A stretch of DNA of 56,005 nt. It comes from Gemmatimonadota bacterium (GTDB taxonomy: Bacteria; Gemmatimonadota; Gemmatimonadetes; Gemmatimonadales; GWC2-71-9). Each line of letters begins with the position of its first letter. Positions within the stretch are counted from its first letter, which is position 1. The translations under genes and the position numbers were made by a program. The notes beneath the pieces were generated by a model. That model ran no database searches and had not been told where the DNA came from. It was given only the letters and a program-made list of their open reading frames with translations. The stretch spans positions 8,546 through 64,550 of the forward strand of contig JBDHIW010000002.1 in assembly GCA_039587215.1 (NCBI GenBank), written 5' to 3'. Positions 1 through 10,740 of the stretch are shown piece by piece.

Positions 1-1247
<1,247 letters not shown>

Positions 1248-1265
1248 CCCAGAGGAAACGACTTC

Positions 1266-2021
1266 ATGCTAGAGATCCACGACCTGCACGCCGGCATCGA
1301 CGGCACCGAGATCCTGAAGGGCATCGACCTGTCGGTGCGGCCCGGAGAGGTGCATGCCATCATGGGCCCGAACGGGTCGGGCAAGAGCACGCTGGCGCAG
1401 GTGCTGGCCGGCCACCCCGCGTACGACGTGACCGGCGGGTCGGTGACGTACAAGGGCGAGGACCTGCTCGAGATGGAACCGGACGAGCGGGCCGCCGCGG
1501 GCGTGTTCCTAGCCTTCCAGTACCCGGTGGAGATTCGGGGCATCACCAACGCGTACTTCCTGCAGTCGGCGGTGAATGCGCAGCGGAAGGCGCGCGGGGA
1601 AGAGGAGCTCGACACGATCGATTTCGCGACGCTGCTCGAGGAGAAGCTCAAGGCGATCGACTGGGACGACGGGCTCGTGTACCGCGCGGTCAACGAAGGA
1701 TTCTCGGGTGGCGAGAAGAAGCGGAACGAGATTCTGCAGCTGGCCGCTCTCGAGCCCAGCTTGGCCATTCTCGACGAGACGGACTCGGGTCTGGACATCG
1801 ACGCCGTGAAGTCCGTCGCCGAGGCCGTGAACCGGTTCCGGTCGCCGGACCGCGCCTTCATCGTGGTGACGCACTACCAGCGCATCCTGAACTACCTCAC
1901 CCCCGACCACGTGCACGTACTGGCGCGCGGGAAGGTCGTGCGGTCGGGTGGGAAGGAACTGGCGCTGGAGCTCGAGGAGAAGGGGTACGACTGGATCACC
2001 GCCGATTTGGCGGCGGTCTGA
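1266..2021 (+). CDS. sufC: Fe-S cluster assembly ATPase SufC
   Basis: GPNGSGKS Walker A, FQYPVEI, VNEGFSGGEKKRNEILQ, LDETDSGLD; AGAGGA SD upstream. Confidence 0.97.
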   Translation: MLEIHDLHAGIDGTEILKGIDLSVRPGEVHAIMGPNGSGKSTLAQVLAGHPAYDVTGGSVTYKGEDLLEMEPDERAAAGVFLAFQYPVEIRGITNAYFLQSAVNAQRKARGEEELDTIDFATLLEEKLKAIDWDDGLVYRAVNEGFSGGEKKRNEILQLAALEPSLAILDETDSGLDIDAVKSVAEAVNRFRSPDRAFIVVTHYQRILNYLTPDHVHVLARGKVVRSGGKELALELEEKGYDWITADLAAV

Positions 2022-2034
2022 GCGAGGACGACCG

Positions 2035-3381
2035 ATGACACAGACGATCGACCGATCCCGCGCTCACGAGCCCTACGTCGCGGCCTTCGACGCCTTCGCG
2101 GGCAACGGGGCGGCAGCGGCACCCGACTGGCTCAAGGAACGACGCGCCGCCGCGATTGCCCGGTTTGCCGATCACGGGTTTCCCACCACGCGTGAGGAGG
2201 CCTGGCGGTTCACCGACCTGAAGCCGCTGCTCGAGACGACGTTCGACCCGGCGGTCGCCGCGGCCACGCCGGACGCGGCCGCGCTCGCCGCGCTGGGCTT
2301 CGCCGACGAGCGGGCAGCGACCCTCGTGGTCGCCAACGGCCGCGTCGCCGCCGATGCCGCACCGCTTCCTGAACTGCCCGCTGGGGTGGTGGTCGGGAGT
2401 CTCGCGGCGGCGCTGTCCGACGGGAGCCTCCCGCTCGACGCCGTGCTCGCGGCATCGGGTATCGACGCGCGGACGCCGTTCGGAGCGCTCAACACGGCGT
2501 TCCTGGCCGACGGTGCGCTCGTGTACGTCCCGCGCGGGGTCGCGCTCGACGTGCCGATCCACGTCGTGTTCCACTCGAGTGGAGCGCACGCGCTGACCGC
2601 CGGGCGCCTGTTGGTGGTGCTCGAGGAGGGCGCGACGGCGACCCTGGTCGAGACGCACACGGGTCCCGAAGGACAGCGCTACTGGAGCAATCCCGTGACG
2701 GAGCTGGTGGTGGGCGCGAACGCGCGCCTCGACGCCTATCGGCTCCAGCGGGAGTCGACCGCGGCGTATCACACGGCGGCGGTGCACTCGCGGGTAGACC
2801 GCGACGGCGTGTGCTCGCTCATCACGATGTCGTTCGGGGCCGCGCTCAGCCGTCAGGACATTGTGGCGGTGCTCGCCGGTCCGGGTGCCGAGAGCACCGT
2901 CAACGGCCTGTCGCTCCTGGGCGGCCGGCAGCACGTCGACTACCACACCGTCCTGGATCACGCGGAGCCGCACTGCAACAGCTGGGAGTACTTCAACGGC
3001 GTGTTCGGTGACCGCGCCCGCGGCGTGTTCACGGGGCGCATCATCGTCCGTCCGGGCGCCCAGAAGACGGACGCCAAGCAGACGAACAACAACGTGCTGC
3101 TTTCCGCACAGGCGCGCGCCGATTCGCAACCGCAGCTCGAGATCTACGCCGACGACGTGAAGTGCACGCACGGGGCGACGTTGGGGCCGATCGACGACGC
3201 GCACCTGTTCTACCTACAGAGCCGCGGCTTGTCGGACGAGGACGCACGGAAGCTGCTGACGTACGGGTTCGCGTCCGAGATCATCCGTGGCGTGACGTAC
3301 GAGCGACTCGCCGCGTGGCTCGACGGCTTCGTACAGACACGGCTCGCAGCACTCACTGGAGGGGTTACGAGCGAGGGATGA
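2035..3381 (+). CDS. sufD: Fe-S cluster assembly protein SufD
   Basis: ATG 2035 after GAGGA; FPTTREEAWRFT, AQKTDAKQTN, PQLEIYADDVKCTHGAT, FYLQSRGL. Confidence 0.95.
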   Translation: MTQTIDRSRAHEPYVAAFDAFAGNGAAAAPDWLKERRAAAIARFADHGFPTTREEAWRFTDLKPLLETTFDPAVAAATPDAAALAALGFADERAATLVVANGRVAADAAPLPELPAGVVVGSLAAALSDGSLPLDAVLAASGIDARTPFGALNTAFLADGALVYVPRGVALDVPIHVVFHSSGAHALTAGRLLVVLEEGATATLVETHTGPEGQRYWSNPVTELVVGANARLDAYRLQRESTAAYHTAAVHSRVDRDGVCSLITMSFGAALSRQDIVAVLAGPGAESTVNGLSLLGGRQHVDYHTVLDHAEPHCNSWEYFNGVFGDRARGVFTGRIIVRPGAQKTDAKQTNNNVLLSAQARADSQPQLEIYADDVKCTHGATLGPIDDAHLFYLQSRGLSDEDARKLLTYGFASEIIRGVTYERLAAWLDGFVQTRLAALTGGVTSEG

Positions 3382-4643
3382 CGCCCACGGTCGGGGTTCC
3401 GGTCTCGACGCGGCACGCCGTTCCGTTCGATGCGGAACGGATTCGCGCGGATTTCCCGGTCCTCGGCCAGGTCCACAATGGGCGGCCCCTCGTGTATCTC
3501 GACAACGCCGCCACCACGCAGAAACCCTGGAGCGTGATCGAGGCGCTGCAGCGGTACTACGCCGAGGCGAACGCGAACATCCATCGGGGTGTGTACCGGC
3601 TGAGTGCGGAAGCGACACTGGCGTACGAGCGCGTGCGCGCTACGGTGCAACGGTTTCTGAACGCGCAAGATCCCCACGAGATCGTCTTCGTCCGCGGCAC
3701 GACGGAAGCGGTCAACCTCGTCGCGCAGAGCTTCCTACGACCGCGGCTCGTCCCCGGCGACGAAATCCTGCTGTCGGCGATGGAGCATCACTCCAACATC
3801 GTGCCGTGGCAGATGGTTGCCGAGGCGACGGGGGCGCGCATCCGCGTGATCCCGATGACCGACGCGGGGGAGCTGGACCTCGACGCGGTCGACGGATGCC
3901 TGACCGACCGCACCAGGATGTTGTCGGTCGTGCATCTCTCGAATTCACTCGGCACCATCAACCCCGTGCACGATCTGATCGCGCACGCGCGTGCGCGCGG
4001 CGTGCCGGTTTTCGTGGACGGGGCACAGGCAGCGCCCCATCTGCCGCTGGACGTTCGAGCGCTGGACTGCGACTTCTACGCCTTCTCCGGTCACAAGGCC
4101 TTCGGACCGACGGGCATCGGTGTGCTGTACGGGAAGGCTGCCCACCTCGAGGCGATGGTGCCGTATCAGGGTGGGGGCGAGATGATCGACACGGTGACCT
4201 TCGAGCGCACGACCTACGCGGCCGCGCCCGCGAAGTTCGAGGCGGGCACCCCGCACATTGCGGGGGCGATCGGCCTGGGGGCGGCGCTGGAGTACGTGCA
4301 CGAACTCCCCTGGGGTGCGGTCGAGGACCACGAGCGTGATCTCCTCGCGTATGCCACGACCGCGCTGAGCGACGTGCCGGGCGTGCGCCTCGTGGGCACG
4401 GCGGCCGACAAGGCGGCGGTGGTCTCGTTCGTCATGGAAGGCGTGCACGCGCACGACATCGGAACGATCGTGGACCAGCACGAGGTCGCGATCCGCACGG
4501 GTCATCACTGCACACAGCCGGTCATGGATCGACTGGGGGTGCCGGCCACCGCCCGGGCGTCCTTCGCGTTCTACAACACGCGCGCCGACGTCGATCGGCT
4601 GGTCGCCGCGCTCGGGGAAGTTCGGGAGGTGTTTCAGCTGTGA
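3378..4643 (+). CDS. sufS: Cysteine desulfurase SufS
   Basis: ATGA overlap with sufD stop; YLDNAATTQKP, FSGHK (PLP Lys), RTGHHCTQP catalytic Cys loop. Confidence 0.96.
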   Translation: MTPTVGVPVSTRHAVPFDAERIRADFPVLGQVHNGRPLVYLDNAATTQKPWSVIEALQRYYAEANANIHRGVYRLSAEATLAYERVRATVQRFLNAQDPHEIVFVRGTTEAVNLVAQSFLRPRLVPGDEILLSAMEHHSNIVPWQMVAEATGARIRVIPMTDAGELDLDAVDGCLTDRTRMLSVVHLSNSLGTINPVHDLIAHARARGVPVFVDGAQAAPHLPLDVRALDCDFYAFSGHKAFGPTGIGVLYGKAAHLEAMVPYQGGGEMIDTVTFERTTYAAAPAKFEAGTPHIAGAIGLGAALEYVHELPWGAVEDHERDLLAYATTALSDVPGVRLVGTAADKAAVVSFVMEGVHAHDIGTIVDQHEVAIRTGHHCTQPVMDRLGVPATARASFAFYNTRADVDRLVAALGEVREVFQL

Positions 4644-5101
4644 CCGATCTGCGCGACCTCTACCAGCAGGTGATTCTCGATCACAACCGCAGCCCCCGGA
4701 ACTTCAAGGTGCTCGAGGACGCGAACCGAACTGCCCACGGGTCGAACCCCCTGTGCGGCGACCGTATGACGCTGTTCGTCCGGGTAGAAGACGACGTGAT
4801 CCAGGACGTCGGGTTCCAGGGCGCAGGGTGCGCGATCTCGCAGGCGTCGGCCTCTCTGATGACGAGCTTTGTGAAGGGGAAGTCGACGGAGGACGCCCTC
4901 GCGGCGTTCCAGGCGTTCCATGACATGGTGACGAGTGCTGCGACGGTGCCCGTGGACGGCAGCGCGCTCGGCAAGCTGGCCGCCCTGGCCGGTGTTCGGC
5001 AGTATCCGGCGCGCGTGAAGTGCGCCAACCTCTCCTGGCATACGCTGCACGCGGCACTTACGGAGAGCGCGTCGGCCACCACGGAAGACGACAGTGACTG
5101 A
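4640..5101 (+). CDS. sufU: SufU/NifU-family sulfur-transfer/scaffold protein
   Basis: LYQQVILDH, NPLCGD, GCAISQASAS, RVKCA; GTGA overlap with sufS. Confidence 0.94.
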   Translation: MTDLRDLYQQVILDHNRSPRNFKVLEDANRTAHGSNPLCGDRMTLFVRVEDDVIQDVGFQGAGCAISQASASLMTSFVKGKSTEDALAAFQAFHDMVTSAATVPVDGSALGKLAALAGVRQYPARVKCANLSWHTLHAALTESASATTEDDSD

Positions 5102-5450
5102 AGACGGAGCGACGATGGACGAGAACGCATATCGACGGGTGGCGTCCCTCGGAGACCTGCCGGAGGGAACCCCGGTCGCCGTGGAACTCGAGGGCGGGGA
5201 GGCCATCTGTTTGGTCCATGTGGCCGGCGAGGTGTTCGCATGCGCGGATCGGTGCTCGCACGCGGACTTCCCGATGAGCGACGGCGACATGGTGGACGAC
5301 CACGTCATCGAGTGCCCCCTCCACGGGGCGCAGTTCGACGTTCGTACCGGGGCGGTGTTGGAGGAGCCGGCGACGGAGCCCTTGGAGACGTTTCGGGTGC
5401 GGGTCGACGGCGACGACGTTCTGGTACTGCCCCGCCGACCCAGCGACTAG
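5094..5450 (+). CDS. Rieske [2Fe-2S] ferredoxin
   Basis: CSH...CPLHGAQFD Rieske ligand boxes; last gene of the suf run. Start may be the later ATG (MDEN). Confidence 0.9.
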   Translation: MTEDGATMDENAYRRVASLGDLPEGTPVAVELEGGEAICLVHVAGEVFACADRCSHADFPMSDGDMVDDHVIECPLHGAQFDVRTGAVLEEPATEPLETFRVRVDGDDVLVLPRRPSD

Positions 5451-6178
5451 TCCGTCGAGGCGAGCGCCTGACACTCCTTTGCGATGGAGGCCAGGGCGCG
5501 CCGGGGCAGCGGTGAGACCACCGCCCGCGCCGTCGGTCCTTCGCGCCACACGGCCACCTGGTAGCCGTCAGTCGACGCCGTTCGCACGCGCCCGGCGCGG
5601 ACCGGTCCGCCGAACACCCGATCCGACGGCAACCGGAAGTAGGTGACGGGCATCCCGTCCTGGAGATAGGCGACCGCCGCCCCGGTCTGGCCGTCCATCG
5701 TCGCCACCCGCGCCCCCACGAGCATCGCCCCGTCGATGTCGGGGATGTCCACGTCGAACCCGAGTTGTGCCTCGAGCCACGTCTCGTACTGCGTGGCGGT
5801 CCACTCCGGGCGAAGGAGCATGCTGTCCAGGCCCGCGCGCGCGGTCGTGGCGAGCCCGCTGGCCACGGTGGTCGGCACTGCGGGCCGCACCAGGAAAAAG
5901 AGTGCCGCGGCGGCGGCCATCGGGACCCATGCCCAGCGATGGAGCAGCCGAGGGGTCGCGCGATCCTCGGTGCGGAGGGCCCGGCTGATGCGGCGGCGCA
6001 CGGATGCCGGTGCGGCGACCATCGCCAGGGGAGCCAACCGGCGCTGCAGGTGCGACTGCCGTTGCCGGTACGACCGACAGCCGGCGCACGCCGCGACGTG
6101 CGCCTCCGCGGCGCGGTACGCGACCGAACCGCTGCGGGCGGATGTCTCCAACATCAAGAGTGCGTCCTGGCAATCCAT
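5447..6178 (-). CDS. Membrane-anchored zinc-finger (zf-HC2/ZAS) anti-sigma factor
   Basis: Start MDCQDAL with GGAGG upstream; HxxxCxxC (HVAACAGC), one TM segment (WAWVPMAAAAALFFLV), periplasmic C-terminal domain. Confidence 0.8.
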   Translation of the reverse strand: MDCQDALLMLETSARSGSVAYRAAEAHVAACAGCRSYRQRQSHLQRRLAPLAMVAAPASVRRRISRALRTEDRATPRLLHRWAWVPMAAAAALFFLVRPAVPTTVASGLATTARAGLDSMLLRPEWTATQYETWLEAQLGFDVDIPDIDGAMLVGARVATMDGQTGAAVAYLQDGMPVTYFRLPSDRVFGGPVRAGRVRTASTDGYQVAVWREGPTARAVVSPLPRRALASIAKECQALASTD

Positions 6179-6228
6179 GCAGGCGTGGCCTCCGTGGGTG
6201 GGCGGCACCGTAACCGTCCTGACTCGCA

Positions 6229-6254
6229 AACAAGCCCCGCCGGCCGCCGGTTCC
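6229..6254 (-). promoter_or_regulatory. Putative ECF sigma promoter (GGAAC-N18-GTT)
   Basis: Minus strand GGAAC (6254-6250), 18 nt, GTT (6231-6229), about 50 nt upstream of the anti-sigma start. Confidence 0.45.
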
Positions 6255-6318
6255 CGTGGTAGTGCCACCAATGTGGTCCCCTTAGCTTGCGAGGCATACC
6301 GCGAAACGGGTGGGGTGT

Positions 6319-7281
6319 ATGACGACGCACGATACGGTGGTGTCGGTGGCCGGCGTGACCAAACGCTACGCGGGCCACACGGCGGTACACGACTTGTCGC
6401 TCGAGATCCCGAAGGGGGTCATCTACGGGCTTCTGGGCCCCAACGGAGCCGGCAAGACCACGACGATCCGCATGATCATGAACATCATCGTCCCTGACGA
6501 GGGGCGAGTCGAGCTGTTCGGCGGGAACGCCACCGGACGCGCGATGGCGCATCGCATCGGGTACCTGCCGGAGGAGCGCGGGCTCTACCGAAAGATGCGG
6601 GTGTCGGACTTGCTCGTCTTCCTTGCGGAGATCAAGGGGACTCGCCGCTCGGTGGCCAAGTCGGAGGCGGAGCGGTGGCTCGAGCGACTCGGGCTCGGTG
6701 ACTGGCGCGAGAAGAAGATCGACGACCTGTCCAAGGGGATGCAGCAGAAGGTCCAGTTCATCGCGACCGTCCTGCATCAACCCGATCTCCTCATCCTGGA
6801 CGAACCGTTCTCGGGCTTCGACCCGGTCAATACGGCGCTGATGAAGGACATCATCGTGGAATTGGCGCGCGCAGGTACGACCGTGTTGTTCTCGACGCAC
6901 ATCATGGAGCAGGCCGAGAAGCTGTGCCGGGCCGTGTGCATCATCGCTCGCGGGACCAAGGTGGTGGACGGTCCGGTGACGGCCGTGAAGCAGCAGCATG
7001 GTGGGCGACACGTCATGGTGTCGGTCGACGGGGGGCTCCAGGGTACCGAACGGATCTTCGCAGACCGCACCCTCGTGGGGAACGTGGACGACTACGGCCA
7101 GTACGCCGAGGTGGAGATGGCGGACGGGGCAACCTCGCAGGCACTGCTGGGCGCGCTCGTGCAGGCCGGGCTCAACGTGACGCAGTTCCAGGTCGCGGAG
7201 CCCACACTCAACAAGATCTTCATCGACCTCGTGGGTCCGGAAGCGACACAGCCGCGCGCAGAGGAGGTGGTCGATGCGTAA
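6319..7281 (+). CDS. ABC-2 type transporter ATP-binding protein (NatA/YhaQ-like)
   Basis: GPNGAGKTT, YLPEERGLY, LSKGMQQK, ILDEPFSG, STH. Confidence 0.93.
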   Translation: MTTHDTVVSVAGVTKRYAGHTAVHDLSLEIPKGVIYGLLGPNGAGKTTTIRMIMNIIVPDEGRVELFGGNATGRAMAHRIGYLPEERGLYRKMRVSDLLVFLAEIKGTRRSVAKSEAERWLERLGLGDWREKKIDDLSKGMQQKVQFIATVLHQPDLLILDEPFSGFDPVNTALMKDIIVELARAGTTVLFSTHIMEQAEKLCRAVCIIARGTKVVDGPVTAVKQQHGGRHVMVSVDGGLQGTERIFADRTLVGNVDDYGQYAEVEMADGATSQALLGALVQAGLNVTQFQVAEPTLNKIFIDLVGPEATQPRAEEVVDA

Positions 7282-8560
7282 GGTCTGGGTAGTGGTCCGC
7301 CGGGAGTTCATCGAACGGGTCCGGAACAAGTGGTTCATCGCGTCGACGATCTTGGGTCCGATCCTCATGGGGGCGCTGATCGTCGTGCCGATTCTGATGG
7401 CGGAGCGCGGGGGCCGGGAGCGCACGATCGTCGTGGTAGACGTGACGACGTCCGACTTCGGACGGCGCGTGACGGACCGCTTCAGCGGCCGGGTGCCGGT
7501 GCAGGCGACGCGGTTGGCGGTGCCGCTGGATCGGCTGGAGGCGGTTGCGGATTCTTTGGCGGGACTGGTCGGTACGCAGGCGGAGCAGGCGGCGATCGAC
7601 GGCTTCCTGATCCTGACGGATGCCACCGTGGAGGACGGCAGTGCGGAATACCGCGGCGGGAATGTCTCTTCGCTGGTCGACATGAGCGTCCTGGAGCGCG
7701 TCGTGCGCGAGGTGGTCCTGGTGGAGCGGCTCAATCGGGTGGGGGTCGACCCCGCGCTGGTCTCGAGGGCGACGATTCCCGTGTCGCTGACGACCGTGGG
7801 CATCCGCGGTGGGAAGGCGACCGAAGATTCGGGGGAGGCCACGTTCCTGCTGGCGTATGCGCTGTGGTTCATCCTGTACATGGCGATTCTCCTCTACGGC
7901 GCCCAGGTGTCGGGGTCGGTCGTCGAGGAGAAGACGTCACGGGTGATCGAGGTCCTGATCTCGAGCCTGAGACCGTTCGAGCTTCTCGGTGGGAAGATCG
8001 TTGGCGTCGGCGCGGTGGGCCTTTTCCAGTTCCTGATTTGGGGGATCTCCGGGAAGGTGATGCTCGACCAGAGCGAGACCATCGCCGGGTGGTTCAACGT
8101 GGACCTTGCGGGCGCGACGAGTTTTTCGCTCCCCGTGGTGCCGGCCTCGACGATCGTCATCTTCCTCGTCTACTTCTTCCTCGGGTACTTCCTGTACGCA
8201 GCGATGTTCGCGGCCACGGCGGCGATGTCGGGCAGCGAGGCGGAATCACGGCAGGCGCAGTTCCCGGTGATCATGCTGCTCATGATCCCGACCGTGCTGA
8301 TGCTGAGCATCCTGCAGCAACCGGACGGCGAAGTCGCGGTGGCACTGTCGCTGATCCCCTTCTGCTCCCCGATCGCGATGCCGGTGCGGTGGGCGGCGGC
8401 CGAGGTGCCGATCGGTGAAGTGGCGCTGTCCATCGCGCTTCTTGCGGCGACGCTCCTGCTGGTGACGTGGGTCGCCGGGCGGATCTACCGCGTTGGCATA
8501 CTCATGTACGGCAAGCGTCCCAACATGGCGGAACTCGCCCGCTGGGTGCGGACGCGGTAG
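7274..8560 (+). CDS. ABC-2 type transporter permease (NatB/YhaP-like)
   Basis: N-terminal TM, large extracytoplasmic loop, VVEEKTSRVIEVLISS, GKIVG, C-terminal TMs, RIYRVGILMYGK. Confidence 0.92.
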   Translation: MRKVWVVVRREFIERVRNKWFIASTILGPILMGALIVVPILMAERGGRERTIVVVDVTTSDFGRRVTDRFSGRVPVQATRLAVPLDRLEAVADSLAGLVGTQAEQAAIDGFLILTDATVEDGSAEYRGGNVSSLVDMSVLERVVREVVLVERLNRVGVDPALVSRATIPVSLTTVGIRGGKATEDSGEATFLLAYALWFILYMAILLYGAQVSGSVVEEKTSRVIEVLISSLRPFELLGGKIVGVGAVGLFQFLIWGISGKVMLDQSETIAGWFNVDLAGATSFSLPVVPASTIVIFLVYFFLGYFLYAAMFAATAAMSGSEAESRQAQFPVIMLLMIPTVLMLSILQQPDGEVAVALSLIPFCSPIAMPVRWAAAEVPIGEVALSIALLAATLLLVTWVAGRIYRVGILMYGKRPNMAELARWVRTR

Positions 8561-8589
8561 CGGGAAAGGGACTCCGGGTCGTGCGGTAC

Positions 8590-8629
8590 ACGCGGGGCGG
8601 TCACGAGGTGGCCGCCCCGCGTTTTCGTT
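8590..8629 (+). terminator. Rho-independent terminator
   Basis: 15-bp stem ACGCGGGGCGGTCAC-GAG-GTGGCCGCCCCGCGT (one G-U) followed by TTTCGTT, 30 nt after the permease stop. Confidence 0.85.
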
Positions 8630-8657
8630 CCCCGGGTGCGCGGCTATCTTCTGGCGC

Positions 8658-10522
8658 ATGGCGGACCGGTATGACGTGATCGTGATCGGGGGCGGGCACG
8701 CGGGCATCGAAGCGGCGTGCGCGGCAAGTCGCATGGGAGCCAGCACGCTCGTGCTCACGGCGAACCTCGAGACCATCGGGCAGATGTCCTGCAATCCGGC
8801 CATCGGCGGCATCGCCAAGGGGACGGTGGTGCGGGAGGTCGATGCGCTGGGTGGGATCATGGGCCGGGCGACCGATCGGTCGACGCTGCAGTTCCGGATG
8901 CTGAACCGCTCGAAGGGGGCTGCGGTCTGGTCGCCGCGGGCTCAGTGCGACCGCGGTCTGTACCGTCGTGCCGCGCGGTGGCTCCTGGAGTCACAACCGA
9001 ACGTGGTCACGGTGCAGGGGACGGTGGTGCGTCTGCGTCTGGACGGTGTGCGGGTGACGGGTGTCGAGACGACCGACGGACGCTGCTACGAGGCTGCAGC
9101 TGTCGTCCTCACCGCTGGGACGTTCTTGCGCGGACGCATTCACATCGGAACCACGACGCGCGTCGACGCCGGTCGGGCCGGCGATCCGCCGGCCGTCGCC
9201 ATCGCAGAGCAGCTGGAAGACCTGGGTCTCGAGCCGCGGCGCTTCAAGACAGGAACGCCACCGCGGATCGATGGGCGGTCGGTGGACTTCTCCGCGTTGG
9301 AGCGCCAGGACGGGGAGTGGCCTGACTACCGGTTCTCGGTGTACGAGCGAGCCTCGCGCCCCGAGGAGCGTCCCTGCTGGATCGCGTGGTCGGGCAGCGA
9401 GCTGCACACGATCGTCGAGCGTCACCTCGAGGAGTCGGCGCTCTACGGGGGCGAGATCTCCGGACGCGGTCCGCGATACTGCCCATCGATCGAAGACAAG
9501 ATCGTGCGGTTTCCGAACGCCGAGCGCCACCAGATCTTCCTCGAGCCCGAAGGGCTCGACACGCACGAACTCTACGTCAACGGCTTGTCTACTTCCCTCC
9601 CGGTTGACGTTCAAGTCGTTATGCTGCAAGCAGTTACGGGTTTGTCAACCGTAAGGATGACACGACCGGGGTACGCGATCGAGTACGACTACTTCCCGCC
9701 GACGCAGCTGGCCCCGTGGCTCGAGACGCGGACCGTCGAGGGACTCTTCCTCGCCGGGCAGGTCAACGGATCGACAGGATACGAGGAGGCGGCGGCGCAG
9801 GGGATCGTTGCAGGGATCAACGCTGCGCGCAGAGGAAGGGGAGAGGAGCCCGTCGTACTGGGACGTGATGACGCATATGTCGGCGTGCTCGTCGACGACT
9901 TGATCACAAAGGGTGTCGACGAGCCGTATCGGCTGTTCACGTCGCGGGCCGAGTATCGGCTGCTGCTGCGGCAGGACAATGCGGGCTTGGCCCGCTCGCC
10001 TCGGAACTGGGTCTGCTTACCGATGAGGAGCGTCGTACCCTGGACGAACGGACCGATTCCACTGAGAAACTGGCGCAGTTCGTCAACGAGACATGGGTGG
10101 ACCGGGATGCCGCAAACAGCCTGCTTAGCGTGGCCGGCGGAGCGCTCGTCGATTCTCCGCGTCTGCTCGGTGACCTGGTCAAGCGGCCGGAGCTCCGCCT
10201 CCGCGATCTGCTGAGTGCGCTCGGGCACGACGGGGTGGTCGACTCGGAGGTTCTGTTGAGCGTCGAGACGGAGGCGAAGTACGAGGGCTATTTGGAGCGC
10301 GAAAGGGAGATGGCGAGACGAATGAGCGAGCTGGCGCACTTCCGGCTCCCGGCCGAGCTGCCGTATCTCTCGTTCGCGAGCCTGAGCACTGAGGCGCGTC
10401 AGAAGCTCGACACGGTCCGGCCGGATTCACTGGCTCGAGCAGGAAGAATCCCGGGCATCTCGCCATCGGATCTCCAGAACCTCGTTGTCGAGGTTCTCCG
10501 ACACGGACGCACTGCGGCGTAG
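8658..10522 (+). pseudogene. mnmG: tRNA uridine-5-carboxymethylaminomethyl modification enzyme MnmG (GidA), frameshifted near 9984 (real lesion or assembly error)
   Basis: GGGHAG, MSCNPAIGG, RFKTGTPPR, GPRYCPSIEDK, AGQVNGSTGYEEAAAQG, EPYRLFTSRAEYRLLLRQDNA. The rest (LGPLASELGLL...KYEGY...LSTEARQKL...RIPGISPSD) continues in another frame to TAG 10522. Confidence 0.9.
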
Positions 10523-10571
10523 GCCGCCAACCCAACCGAACGCAACCCTACCAGCCACAGCACCGGGATGG

Positions 10572-10587
10572 TGTTTCACGTGAAACA
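10572..10587. promoter_or_regulatory. parS: parS centromere site 1
   Basis: Perfect TGTTTCACGTGAAACA; palindrome extends to 22 bp (10569-10590); directly upstream of parAB. Confidence 0.96.
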
Positions 10588-10607
10588 CCACGGGAAGCAC
10601 AGCGCGG

Positions 10608-10623
10608 TGTTTCACGTGAAACA
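10608..10623. promoter_or_regulatory. parS: parS centromere site 2
   Basis: Second perfect TGTTTCACGTGAAACA, starting 36 bp after the first. Confidence 0.96.
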
Positions 10624-10683
10624 CGGGAATAGCGCTTCGGACCGCGCACCCCTATATTCCCTGCCCCCTCGAGAATCCAGGTG

Positions 10684-10740
10684 TATTCCAGTTGTATATA
10701 TAATCTTGTAAATACTTGTAGTAAAAGGATTTATGGTACA
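10684..10740 (+). promoter_or_regulatory. AT-rich parAB promoter/leader region
   Basis: Strikingly AT-rich for this window; TATAAT at 10699-10704, AAAAGGA SD-like at 10723-10729, contains the dyad TAAAT-AC-TT-N7-AA-GG-ATTTA. Confidence 0.6.

Noticed and set aside
9975-10000. Programmed ribosomal frameshift in mnmG
   Set aside because: No slippery heptamer, and conserved-spacing residues are missing, which points to a deletion.
10569-10624. Palindromic direct repeats resembling a mini-CRISPR
   Set aside because: Only two copies, a 20-nt gap, no cas genes, and an exact match to the parS consensus next to parAB.
10684-10740. AT-rich tract as oriC/DUE
   Set aside because: No DnaA boxes (TTATCCACA-like) were seen nearby; better explained as the parAB promoter.
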